The notes beneath the pieces were generated by a model, which saw only the letters and a program-made list of their open reading frames with translations, did not search any database and had not been told where the DNA came from. The position numbers and the translations under genes were made by a program. A stretch of DNA of 64,000 nt from an uncultured Gammaproteobacteria bacterium (GTDB lineage Bacteria > Pseudomonadota > Gammaproteobacteria > UBA9214): NCBI GenBank assembly GCA_963753755.1, contig CAVWDM010000005.1, positions 138,559 through 202,558 of the forward strand, given 5' to 3'. This document shows positions 32,017 to 41,432 of the stretch, piece by piece. Position 1 is the first letter of the stretch. Every line of letters starts with the position of its first letter.

Positions 32017-32634
32017 ATGAAAATTGACTTGTTTTTTTGCAGATCAAATCATATGGGGTCGCTGGTGAACTTGCTGGTCGTTGCGGAACAAGCGGGACAA
32101 AGTGCTCCCTATATCAAGGCGGCCAGTAAGGCCGGCTGGCACATCGCGTCTGAGCTGAGCTATGACCGTTTGCCGGTGGCGTTGACAGATATCCAGGTGG
32201 ATGCCGCCGTGTTGATCGCACAGTGTATCGACGACAACGTTCTCAAGGCTGTGCGCCTGTTTAACAGCCGCTGGCCCTTGCCGGTGGTGTTGTACACCGA
32301 CGATTCACATCAGCGTTCTATTCGTGCAGCGGTAATGGCCGGTGTTTCCGTATATGCCGTTGATTGTCAGAACGTCAATCGCATTGCCGCGCTACTCGAT
32401 GTAGCGATGGTTCGTTTTAGTGAATCGCAGCAACTGAAAAAGGCTTTGCACAAGGCCAAAACTTCACTGACAGAGCGCAATACCGTGGAGAAGGCCAAGG
32501 GGATCATCATGCGTCAGCGCCAGCTCAACGAGGATGCCGCCTACAGGTTGTTGCGCAAGCTCGCCATGGATCGTAACCGGCGTATCGGCGAAGTGGCCGG
32601 AGAAGTCATTGCCGCTGCCGAGGTGTTGATCTGA
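32017..32634 (+). CDS. nasT: ANTAR-domain response regulator NasT (nitrate-responsive antiterminator)
   Basis: REC-like N-terminus and C-terminal ANTAR motif (EKAKGIIMRQRQLNEDAAYRLLRKLAMDRNRRIGEVA). Divergent from nirB. Confidence 0.8.
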   Translation: MKIDLFFCRSNHMGSLVNLLVVAEQAGQSAPYIKAASKAGWHIASELSYDRLPVALTDIQVDAAVLIAQCIDDNVLKAVRLFNSRWPLPVVLYTDDSHQRSIRAAVMAGVSVYAVDCQNVNRIAALLDVAMVRFSESQQLKKALHKAKTSLTERNTVEKAKGIIMRQRQLNEDAAYRLLRKLAMDRNRRIGEVAGEVIAAAEVLI

Positions 32635-32869
32635 ACAAACGGCCTGTCGCACGCACTGTCACGGTGCAACAGATGCATGCATCCGGTGAACATGGCTGAC
32701 GGTCAATGCTGATGACGGGGTGTAAGTCACTGTATTTCTCTCAGCGACTGTATTGGCACGGTTAATGCTATACACATTGTAGAATTAAACGGCAGCAGGC
32801 CAGTGACGGTGTGCTGCAAATCGCCGGTAATGTTGCCGGCAGCGAACAAAGGCGTTCTCCCTGACCGGT

Positions 32870-32905
32870 CATCAGACCCGTCGGGGTGAGCGTTTTTTTT
32901 TGGGT
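32870..32905 (+). promoter_or_regulatory. GC-rich stem followed by a T9 tract immediately 5' of the downstream operon; terminator-like leader element, a candidate for NasT (ANTAR) antitermination
   Basis: ...GACCCGTCGGGGTGAGCG-TTTTTTTTT at 32875-32901, only ~10 nt upstream of the ATG at 32912. Intrinsic-terminator architecture downstream of an ANTAR regulator gene. Confidence 0.4.
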
Positions 32906-32911
32906 TAAATC

Positions 32912-34882
32912 ATGAGCCAGGCAGACAACATTGCAGTTGCAGAACGTCACTACGCGGCGGAATGGCAGCAACCACCGACAGTGATCGTCGGGGTCGGGCC
33001 GGTCGGGCAGCGACTTGCGGCTGAATTAAGACAACACGATGCTGAACGTGAAATCGTTATGTTCGGTGATGAACCCTGGGCACCGTACGACCGGGTGCAA
33101 CTGTCATCCTGGCTTGCCGGAGAGAAGCGCGCTGGCGCTACGATGAGCGAAGATGCCCATCTACGGGTGCATCTCGGTATGTCGATAACCCGTATTGACA
33201 GGGCGAACCGCGAGGTCGTCGATGCGCGTGGCATTGCCTGTCCCTATGAAACCCTGATACTGGCAACCGGATCGCGTGCCAGTATCCCGCCGTTGCCGGG
33301 TATCCGTTTGCCGGGCGTGTTCACGTTCAGGAACCTGTCGGATGCCCAGGCACTCATGGCACGCAGTGTGCGCAGTCGCAGCGTGGTCGTCATTGGCGGT
33401 GGTCTGCTGGGTCTGGAAACAGCACGTGCACTGCGTCGCTTCCAGACCCATGTCACCATCATCGAGCAATCCGAACGCCTCATGTACCAGCAACTCGATG
33501 CTGACTGTGCGGCTCTGTTGCAGCAGCATGTCGAGGGACTCGGCATCGACGTCGTCACCCGTGCACGGGTCAAACGCATACTGGGAGAAACCCGCCTGCA
33601 GGGAGTGCTGTTGTCGGACAGCCGCTTTATAGAATGTGACACCGTGGTGATGGCCGTGGGCATTACGCCCAATATCCAGCTGGCGCGCGCTAGCGGGTTG
33701 CATATCGCACGGGGTGTGCTGGTGAATGACCACATGCAGACCAGTGATAGCCATATCTATGCTGTGGGTGAATGTGCCGAACACCGGCACACCGTTTACG
33801 GGCTGGTGGCCCCGGGTTTTGAGCAGGCGGCCGTGGCGGCACACGTCCTCTCCGGGCGCGCTGCGGAATACAGTGGCTCGATGACCGCGACACGCCTCAA
33901 GGTGCTCGGTTACCCGGTGATGAGTGTCGGTACCGCCGAGAGTGAATGGCCACGCCGTCCACTGGTCTATCGTGAGCGTGGAACGGGTACGTTACGCAAG
34001 GTGTTTCTCGATGGTAACCGCCTCGATGCGGCCATGGCGCTCGGTAGCTGGGACGAGTTCAGCCGGGTTCAGGAGGGCGTGCGTATGCGGCGGCGAATTC
34101 GGCCATGGCGCGCACTGCGTTTTCGTCTTACCGGCACACTCTGGTCGGCAGAAGGCGAGGGCGGCGTGGCTGGTTGGCCCGCTGCAGCGACGGTCTGCAA
34201 CTGTATGGGGGTGAGCCGTGGTGCCCTGACCCGGGCCGTGGATCAGGGCTGCGCCGATGTGGCCTGTCTTGCCAGTTACACCGGTGCCTCCAGCGTGTGC
34301 GGTTCCTGCAAGCCCTTGCTGGTGCAGTTGCTGGGCGCAACGGAAATAACGCCGGTTGTTGCAGCGCGCGCATTGACAGCCACAGCGTTTGTGGTCGCGG
34401 TTGCCACGCTGCTGTGGCTGTTGCCGCTTAGTCTCCCCTATGCGCACAGCGTGCAGTTGTCGCCACATATCGATGCGTTGTGGCGCAATGGCCTGTACAA
34501 GCAGATCAGCGGCTTCGGCCTGCTGGGATTGTCGCTGATATTGGCTCTGGTGTCGGTGCGCAAGCGCGTGCGTCGGCTGCGCTGGGGCAGCTTTGACGGC
34601 TGGCGCGTGCTGCATGTAATGGTCGGGCTGCTGACGGTCGCCGTGCTGGTGGCACATACCGGTTTCCGCCTCGGTGACAATCTCAATTTCTACCTGATGT
34701 GTGTGTATGCAGGCCTGATGCTGGCCGGTGCGGCCGCCAGTGCCGTGGTCGGCCTGCAGCATGTATTACCGCTAACACTGGCGCGGCGCAGCCGTGAACT
34801 GTCACTCTGGTCACATGTGCTGCTGCTCTGGCCGCTGCCGGCACTGCTCGGTTTTCATATCCTGAAAACCTACTGGTACTAG
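32912..34882 (+). CDS. NirB-like FAD/NAD(P)H pyridine-nucleotide-disulfide oxidoreductase fused to BFD-like [2Fe-2S] Cys motifs and a C-terminal 4-5 TM membrane domain
   Basis: N-terminal ~400 aa resemble the NirB/NasC reductase domain (GxGxxG motifs VIVGVGPVGQRLA and VVIGGGLLGLETA). Then CNCMGV...CGSCKP Cys motifs. The final ~200 aa are hydrophobic with conserved His residues. Confidence 0.6.
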   Translation: MSQADNIAVAERHYAAEWQQPPTVIVGVGPVGQRLAAELRQHDAEREIVMFGDEPWAPYDRVQLSSWLAGEKRAGATMSEDAHLRVHLGMSITRIDRANREVVDARGIACPYETLILATGSRASIPPLPGIRLPGVFTFRNLSDAQALMARSVRSRSVVVIGGGLLGLETARALRRFQTHVTIIEQSERLMYQQLDADCAALLQQHVEGLGIDVVTRARVKRILGETRLQGVLLSDSRFIECDTVVMAVGITPNIQLARASGLHIARGVLVNDHMQTSDSHIYAVGECAEHRHTVYGLVAPGFEQAAVAAHVLSGRAAEYSGSMTATRLKVLGYPVMSVGTAESEWPRRPLVYRERGTGTLRKVFLDGNRLDAAMALGSWDEFSRVQEGVRMRRRIRPWRALRFRLTGTLWSAEGEGGVAGWPAAATVCNCMGVSRGALTRAVDQGCADVACLASYTGASSVCGSCKPLLVQLLGATEITPVVAARALTATAFVVAVATLLWLLPLSLPYAHSVQLSPHIDALWRNGLYKQISGFGLLGLSLILALVSVRKRVRRLRWGSFDGWRVLHVMVGLLTVAVLVAHTGFRLGDNLNFYLMCVYAGLMLAGAAASAVVGLQHVLPLTLARRSRELSLWSHVLLLWPLPALLGFHILKTYWY

Positions 34883-34884
34883 GA

Positions 34885-36318
34885 ATGAGTGATGCAATAA
34901 CGCGGCGCATACTCTGGGGTGTCTGGTTGCTGGCAACGATCGGCCTGCTGGCATGGCTGACAAACAGCATGTTGAACGAGGCCGCGGACAAGCACATCTT
35001 CATGCCCGGTGAGTTGTCAGCGGGTCATTACCAGTTGCAGCTGGCGTGCGTGTCCTGTCACAGTGATCCTCTTGGTGGTGCTGACGTGCTGCAGCAGGCC
35101 TGTGTCGACTGTCATGGAGACGAGCGCAAGAAGCCGTTTGATTCACACCCGCCAGGCAAGTTCAGGGACCCGCGCAATGCAGACCGTCTGGAAAATATAG
35201 ACGCACTGCATTGCGTCACTTGTCATTCGGAGCATCGCCCGGAGATCACGCGTAAAAACGGCGTCACCCAGCCTCGCGACCTGTGTATTCATTGCCACGA
35301 GGATATTGCCGGGGACCGTCCCAGTCACAGCGGTATGGCGTTCACCCGTTGTGCGGACAGCGGGTGCCATAATTTTCACAACAACCGTTCACTGTACACG
35401 AAATTCCTTATCAAGCACCTGGACGAACCGGCATTGCTGCAAGAGCCACTGCTGCCGCAACGTGAATTCGCACAGCTGCTCGATCAGATCGTTGAGTACC
35501 CGCTGCAGCAGTACCCGCAGCAAGCGCTGTTACTGCAGGATGCGGATGGTGATTCCGAATTTGTGGACCTGCAGGGTGAGACGCCGCATGCGGACTGGGC
35601 GGCGACTGCCCATGCAAAGTCGGGAGTGAACTGCTCTGCCTGTCATCAACCAAAGGCTCAGGACGGCACGCAAGCTGCCTGGACTGATTATCCGGATGAA
35701 CAGGTTTGCTCGATTTGCCACAGCCTCGAGGTGGAACGCTTTGCCAGGGGCAAGCATGGCATGCGACTCGCCGCCGGGTTACCCGCGCTGAGTGTCAGTG
35801 ATGCACGTTTACCGATGCGCACGGAGGCAGCACACGAGTCACTGACCTGTCACAGCTGCCATTTGGCGCACCGATATGATGTCCGTCAGGCCGCCGCCGA
35901 GGCCTGTGTGGCTTGCCACGAGGATACGCACACGCTGGCGTACGAGGGTTCACCGCACCACATGCTGTGGCAACAGGAACTGAGCGGTGAGTTGCCTGCG
36001 GGCAGCGGTGTGTCCTGTGCAAGCTGCCACATGCCGCGTATTGAGTTTGACGTCAGCGACTGGCTGACACGCGTCATGGTTGACCACAACCAGAGTGCCA
36101 ACCTGTCACCGAATTCCAAGATGATACGCAGTGCCTGCCTGAACTGTCACGGGCTTGGGTTTTCCATCGATGCGCTGGCGGATCAACGCCTGATCGACAA
36201 CAACTTCCGCGGCAGCCCGTCATTGCACATCGATACCATGGATCTGGCTGCCGCGGAAAAGGAGCGCCGTGATAGTGAGGCGGGTGCGGATGATGACACG
36301 AGTATGTTCGGGTTCTGA
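34885..36318 (+). CDS. membrane-anchored multihaem c-type cytochrome (~11 haem-binding motifs)
   Basis: N-terminal TM helix. Ten CxxCH motifs (CVSCH, CVDCH, CVTCH, CIHCH, CSACH, CSICH, CHSCH, CVACH, CASCH, CLNCH) plus one CxxxxCH (CADSGCH). Only a 3-nt gap from the upstream gene. Confidence 0.7.
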   Translation: MSDAITRRILWGVWLLATIGLLAWLTNSMLNEAADKHIFMPGELSAGHYQLQLACVSCHSDPLGGADVLQQACVDCHGDERKKPFDSHPPGKFRDPRNADRLENIDALHCVTCHSEHRPEITRKNGVTQPRDLCIHCHEDIAGDRPSHSGMAFTRCADSGCHNFHNNRSLYTKFLIKHLDEPALLQEPLLPQREFAQLLDQIVEYPLQQYPQQALLLQDADGDSEFVDLQGETPHADWAATAHAKSGVNCSACHQPKAQDGTQAAWTDYPDEQVCSICHSLEVERFARGKHGMRLAAGLPALSVSDARLPMRTEAAHESLTCHSCHLAHRYDVRQAAAEACVACHEDTHTLAYEGSPHHMLWQQELSGELPAGSGVSCASCHMPRIEFDVSDWLTRVMVDHNQSANLSPNSKMIRSACLNCHGLGFSIDALADQRLIDNNFRGSPSLHIDTMDLAAAEKERRDSEAGADDDTSMFGF

Positions 36319-36361
36319 TTTTTTTATTCACACACTTCCATAGTGAAACAGGAGAGAGTCG

Positions 36362-36952
36362 ATGAGTATCAAGCTGAAAAGCAGTATCGGTGTAGCTGTC
36401 TGTCTGTGTATCGGTGTTGCCGTGGCGGCAGAACCGGGTTCTGAAACGGTGTCCGTAAAGGCGATGGCCGATGCGCTGCACATGGTCATGGATTCCGATC
36501 GCACCGTGTACACGAAGACTATCGTCAACCGGCTGGTGAAGAAAGACAAGGTCATCAAGGCCTCCGAGCACTTCGAGGATGACCAGGCGCTGGCCCTGCC
36601 GGCTCAGATGTTTCGCTTTGGCGCCGAGATGGTGTCTGAGCGTTCTGCTGATAATCCGGACGTGAACTTCAGCTATTCACTGCAATCGCTGTGGCCGGTG
36701 AACAAGCAGAATGCGCCGCAGACCGACGCCGAGAAGGAAGGGCTTGAGTTTGTCGCTGAAAACATTGGCAAAAACTACTACACCACCGAGACACTCGGAG
36801 ACCAGGAATACTTTACCGCTGTTTACGCCGATACCGGCGTCGCCCCGGTCTGTGTCTCATGTCATAACGCCCACCCGGATTCACCGCGAACGGATTTCAA
36901 GCTGGGTGATGTCATGGGCGGTGTGGTGATTCGCATCCCGGTTGAAGGCTAG
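36362..36952 (+). CDS. DUF3365 / Tll0287-like periplasmic c-type haem protein
   Basis: Signal peptide, PAS-like DUF3365 sequence, and a single C-terminal CxxCH (PVCVSCHNAHP). Confidence 0.55.
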   Translation: MSIKLKSSIGVAVCLCIGVAVAAEPGSETVSVKAMADALHMVMDSDRTVYTKTIVNRLVKKDKVIKASEHFEDDQALALPAQMFRFGAEMVSERSADNPDVNFSYSLQSLWPVNKQNAPQTDAEKEGLEFVAENIGKNYYTTETLGDQEYFTAVYADTGVAPVCVSCHNAHPDSPRTDFKLGDVMGGVVIRIPVEG

Positions 36953-36990
36953 AACGTCGGCATTACTTTTTAACAGACAGGAGAGCAGAT

Positions 36991-37407
36991 ATGCTTACAA
37001 CGGAACAAATCAAAATGGTGCAGTATTCCTGGGCGCAGGTGGTACCGATAGCTGACAAGGCAGCAGAGCTGTTTTACGGCAGGTTGTTTGAACTGGACCC
37101 CACGCTGAAACCCATGTTCAAGGGCGATATGGTCGAGCAGGGACAGAAGCTCATGCGCATGATCCACATTGCCGTCGATAATCTCGACAAGCTCGATGAC
37201 ATCGTACCGGCGGTACAGGACCTTGGCGTGAAGCACCTCGAGTACGGCGTGAAAAACTCCCACTATGACACGGTGGGCGCGGCCTTGCTGTGGACGCTGG
37301 GACAGGGACTCGGCGATGCGTTTACAACAGAGGTCAGGTCTGCCTGGACCGAAGTCTACGGACTGCTGGCCAGCACCATGAAGGATGCGGCCAGGGAAGC
37401 GGCCTGA
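36991..37407 (+). CDS. single-domain globin (bacterial haemoglobin-like)
   Basis: 138-aa globin fold sequence (…QYSWAQVVPIADKAAELFYGRLFELDPTLKPMFKG…VKHLEYGVKNSHYDTVGAALLWTL…). Confidence 0.7.
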   Translation: MLTTEQIKMVQYSWAQVVPIADKAAELFYGRLFELDPTLKPMFKGDMVEQGQKLMRMIHIAVDNLDKLDDIVPAVQDLGVKHLEYGVKNSHYDTVGAALLWTLGQGLGDAFTTEVRSAWTEVYGLLASTMKDAAREAA

Positions 37408-37426
37408 TTTTAAGTAAGCGGTCTCT

Positions 37427-37596
37427 GCAGCAGACACGATCCGTCTTTCCACTGTAAACAGGACAACAGCGCAAGATGCGTTGAACACTCAAAGGACGGC
37501 CACAGGGGAAGGGCAGCCAGTCATCCAGCCGCCTGGATCCCGGTCTTTGCCGGGGTGATGAATCAGCGCGTGTGTTGACATGATCGTGTCTGCTGC
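37427..37596. repeat. pair of 16-bp perfect inverted repeats (GCAGCAGACACGATC / GATCGTGTCTGCTGC) separated by ~140 bp
   Basis: Left arm 37427-37441 and right arm 37582-37596, inside the 470-bp globin-nrtA intergenic region. Either MITE-like or a long-range leader RNA stem. Confidence 0.55.
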
Positions 37597-37882
37597 AAGG
37601 CCTGGTCTTCATTTACCGCGCCTGGCGTCATTCAGCACCTGAAGTTCCCGGGGAGCTTTCCGGTATCGCCCTGGACGGTGTTGCTAATGATGCACCGCGC
37701 TGGTTGCATGTTGCACCATATGGGTGCGAGTTGCCGTTGGCTTTTCCATTCTCTCATTTTGTCTCCAGCCAGATCAGTCACATACGTCGTTGGCACGGAA
37801 CCTGCTAATAACCTTGTAGACAGGCTGCAATGAGGCAGTGGAGTGTACAGATGGTGCACTCATTAATTAACTGGGGAAGGAG

Positions 37883-39292
37883 ATGTACATGAAGATCAAG
37901 CTGGACTGGACATCGCTGGCTAACGTGGGCCAGCGCATGCAGCGATCACTGTCGGCTGTTGCCGTTATGGGCCTTATGGTGGTTGCCCAGCACCCTGTCA
38001 TGGCAGGTGAGCTGGAAAAGGAAGATCTGAAATTCGGCTTTATCAAGCTGACTGATATGGCGCCCCTGGCGATTGCCTACGAGAAGGGGTATTTCGAGGA
38101 TGAGGGTCTGTACGTCATGCTGGAAGCGCAGGCCAACTGGAAGGTGCTGCTGGATCGTGTCATCGATGGTGAACTGGATGGTGCCCACATGCTGGCCGGT
38201 CAGCCACTGGGCGCAACCATCGGTTTTGGTACCAAGTCGGATATCATTACCGCGTTCAGCATGGACCTGAACGGTAACGGTATTACGGTCTCCAACAGTA
38301 TCTGGGAGCAGATGAAGGAGCACGTCCCGCACCAGGACGGTAAGCCCGTTCACCCGATCAAGGCGGATTACCTGAAGCCGGTGGTGGATAAGTATATCAA
38401 GGAAGGCAAGCCCTTCAAGATGGGCATGGTGTTCCCGGTCTCCACGCATAATTACGAGCTGCGCTACTGGCTGGCGGCTGGCGGTATCCACCCCGGCTTT
38501 TATGCCCCCGAAAGCGGTGATATCACCGGCCAGATCGATGCCGAGGCGTTGCTGTCCGTGACACCACCACCCCAGATGCCATCGACAATGGAGGCCGGCA
38601 CGATCTATGGCTACTGCGTCGGTGAGCCCTGGAACCAGCAGGCCGTATTCAAGGGCATTGGCGTACCGGTGATTACCGATTATGAGATCTGGAAGGACAA
38701 TCCCGAGAAGGTCTTCGGTGTTTCAAAAGAATGGGCTGAGGAGAATCCGAATACCCACAAGGCGGTACTGAAGGCGCTGATCCGGGCCGCGATGTGGCTG
38801 GATTCCGGTGGTCTGGAAAACCGCAAGGAAGCGGCGAAGATCATGTCGCGCCCGGAGTATGTTGGTGCTGACTACGAAGTGATTGCCAACAGCATGACCG
38901 GTACCTTCGAGTACGAAAAGGGCGACAAGCGCTCGGTACCTGATTTCAACGTGTTCTTCCGTTACAACGCCACCTATCCGTATTACTCGGATGCTGTCTG
39001 GTACCTGAGCCAGATGCGCCGCTGGGGACAGATCGGCGAGTACAAACCGGATAGCTGGTATATGGACACGGCGAAGCAGGTGTACCGCCCGGATCTGTAT
39101 GCCGAGGCCGCTGAGGAACTGATTGCCGAGGGCAAGGCGAAGGCGGAAGACTTTCCTGATTTTGCCAGCGAGACCGGGTTCCGTGCGCCGCAAACAGAGT
39201 TTATCGATGGCATCACCTACGATGGCACCAAGCCAAATGCCTACCTTGCACAGTTCCCGATAGGCCTGAAAGGCGAGGACAAGGTGAACTGA
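37883..39292 (+). CDS. nrtA: nitrate/nitrite ABC transporter periplasmic substrate-binding protein (NrtA/CmpA family)
   Basis: Signal peptide plus NrtA-family sequence, followed by permease and ATPase genes. Confidence 0.75.
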   Translation: MYMKIKLDWTSLANVGQRMQRSLSAVAVMGLMVVAQHPVMAGELEKEDLKFGFIKLTDMAPLAIAYEKGYFEDEGLYVMLEAQANWKVLLDRVIDGELDGAHMLAGQPLGATIGFGTKSDIITAFSMDLNGNGITVSNSIWEQMKEHVPHQDGKPVHPIKADYLKPVVDKYIKEGKPFKMGMVFPVSTHNYELRYWLAAGGIHPGFYAPESGDITGQIDAEALLSVTPPPQMPSTMEAGTIYGYCVGEPWNQQAVFKGIGVPVITDYEIWKDNPEKVFGVSKEWAEENPNTHKAVLKALIRAAMWLDSGGLENRKEAAKIMSRPEYVGADYEVIANSMTGTFEYEKGDKRSVPDFNVFFRYNATYPYYSDAVWYLSQMRRWGQIGEYKPDSWYMDTAKQVYRPDLYAEAAEELIAEGKAKAEDFPDFASETGFRAPQTEFIDGITYDGTKPNAYLAQFPIGLKGEDKVN

Positions 39293-39370
39293 TCAGTACA
39301 TGCCGTTGGCCATTGGCCCGCACGCCACCCCGTGTGCGGGCCTTTTTTAAATGAGCGAGTAGAGGGTGAT

Positions 39371-40337
39371 ATGTGTACGGAAACGATGAAGATATTTCAG
39401 CTGCAGGACTACCAGGAGGCCGCCAGGGCATTCTTATTGCCACTGATCGCCTTTCTCCTGTTTCTCGGCTTGTGGAGTTTTGCAGCATCACGCATCGAGA
39501 CGTCACTGGGGCAGTTGCCCGGACCTGCAGCGGTCTGGGAGCAGGCGAGTAATCTGGTCGCTGAACACCGTGCAGGAACGCGACAAGGCGCTTGCCTTTA
39601 TCGAGCGTCAGGAAGTGCGCAACCAGGCAAAGCTGGCGAAAGACCCGAGCGCAGAGGTACGCATCCGTCCCTATACGGGCAAACCGACCTTCTTTGACCA
39701 GATCGGCACCAGTCTGCTGACCGTGTTTACCGGCTTTCTGCTGGCAACGGTCATCGCGGTGCCGCTGGGTGTATTCACCGGCTTGAGCAGTAATGTTTAC
39801 CGGGCAATCAATCCGATTGTGCAGATCTTCAAGCCGGTGTCGCCGCTGGCGTGGCTGCCGATTGTCACCATTATCGTCAGTGCCGTTTATGTCACCGATG
39901 ACCCTATGTTTTCCAAATCCTACGTGACCTCCGCCATCACCGTCACCCTGTGTTGCCTGTGGCCGACCCTGATCAACACGGCGGTCGGTGTGTCATCCAT
40001 GGATCGGGACCTGGTGAATGTCGGCAAGGTGCTGCGCCTTGGCTGGTTCACCACGGTATGGAAGATTGCGTTGCCCTCGGCTGTTCCGATGATCTTTACC
40101 GGTCTGCGCCTGAGCCTGAGTATTGGCTGGATGGTGCTGATTGCAGCGGAGATGCTGGCACAAAATCCGGGGTTGGGTAAATTCGTCTGGGATGAATTCC
40201 AGAATGGCAGCTCCAATTCGCTGGGCCGCATTATGGTGGCCGTGTTTACCATCGGACTGATCGGATTCTTGCTGGATCGCATGATGCTGCTGCTGCAACG
40301 TCGTGTGTCCTGGGACAAGGACGCTGTATTGCGCTAG
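39371..40337 (+). pseudogene. nrtB: nitrate ABC transporter permease NrtB, N-terminus frameshifted
   Basis: The N-terminal TM segment is in ORF 39332..39697 and the rest in 39480..40337 in another frame; junction at about 39540-39560 (...GPAAVWEQA... then ...[19 protein letters not shown]...). The downstream part is a typical ABC permease (EAA-like region). Confidence 0.7.
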
Positions 40338-40381
40338 TGCCGAAGCGGCGTGCCACAGAATCAGATTTATTAAGGGAGTGA

Positions 40382-41263
40382 GTGATGAGTGATAAATATC
40401 TGAATATTGATCACGTGTCGATGGTGTTCGACACACCTGCCGGACCGTTCAAGGCGCTAGATAACGTCGACCTGGTGATCGCAAGGGGTGAGTATGTCTC
40501 GCTGATCGGTCATTCGGGTTGCGGCAAGTCGACGGTACTGAATGTCGTTGCTGGTTTGTTGCAGGCCACCACAGGCGGTGTGGTGCTCGATGGTACCGAG
40601 GTCGATGAACCCGGCCCCGAGCGAGCAGTTGTATTCCAGCACCATTCGCTGATGCCATGGCTGACGGCCTATGAAAATGTTGAACTGGCCGTTCAGCAGG
40701 TATTCAAGGGAAAAAAGAGCAAGCCCGAGATGCGCGAATGGATTGAATACAATCTGAAGCTGGTGCATATGGAACATGCCATGGATAAATTACCCGGTGA
40801 AATCTCCGGCGGCATGAAACAGCGTGTCGGCATTGCACGCGCACTCGCGATGCAACCCAAGGTGTTGTTGATGGATGAGCCGTTCGGTGCACTGGATGCG
40901 CTGACGCGTGCACACATGCAGGATTCACTGATGGAAATTCAGAACGAACTCGGCAATACCGTGATCATGATTACGCATGATGTTGATGAAGCGGTACTGT
41001 TGTCTGATCGAATTGTCATGATGACCAATGGTCCGGCAGCCACCATCGGGCAGATTCTTGACATCAAGCTGGAGCGACCGCGTAACCGCGTTGCCCTGGC
41101 GGATAGCGCCGAGTACAACCATTACAGGGCGGAAGTGCTGAAGTTCCTCTATGAACGCCAGCGCAACCCCGAGTCGGGAGATAGCAATAGCAGGAAGGAT
41201 AATGTGCAGGGAAGCGCGGAGGACAAACCGTTACAGGTGGTTGCCGGTATTGCCGCCGCCTGA
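40382..41263 (+). CDS. nrtD: nitrate/sulfonate/bicarbonate ABC transporter ATP-binding protein (NrtC/NrtD-like)
   Basis: Walker A GHSGCGKST, ABC signature LSGGMKQRVGIARAL, Walker B LLMDEPFGALD. Confidence 0.8.
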   Translation: MMSDKYLNIDHVSMVFDTPAGPFKALDNVDLVIARGEYVSLIGHSGCGKSTVLNVVAGLLQATTGGVVLDGTEVDEPGPERAVVFQHHSLMPWLTAYENVELAVQQVFKGKKSKPEMREWIEYNLKLVHMEHAMDKLPGEISGGMKQRVGIARALAMQPKVLLMDEPFGALDALTRAHMQDSLMEIQNELGNTVIMITHDVDEAVLLSDRIVMMTNGPAATIGQILDIKLERPRNRVALADSAEYNHYRAEVLKFLYERQRNPESGDSNSRKDNVQGSAEDKPLQVVAGIAAA

Positions 41264-41432
41264 GGGCGGTAATAGTCACTTTTTAATGTTCGTAGCTGTT
41301 CACAATGTTCTAGTAACATTGTATATGTAGCATAAATCGATCGCACTTGTTCATGACCATTTTGGCAGCAAGTTCGTACAGCGTCCGTACGAGCAATTCC
41401 TGCCCATTCCGATTTTTGTAGGAGAACGAGTC

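Noticed and set aside
33161-34762. Minus-strand ORFs 33161..33844 and 33992..34762
   Set aside because: Antisense to the NirB-like flavoprotein gene; no features.
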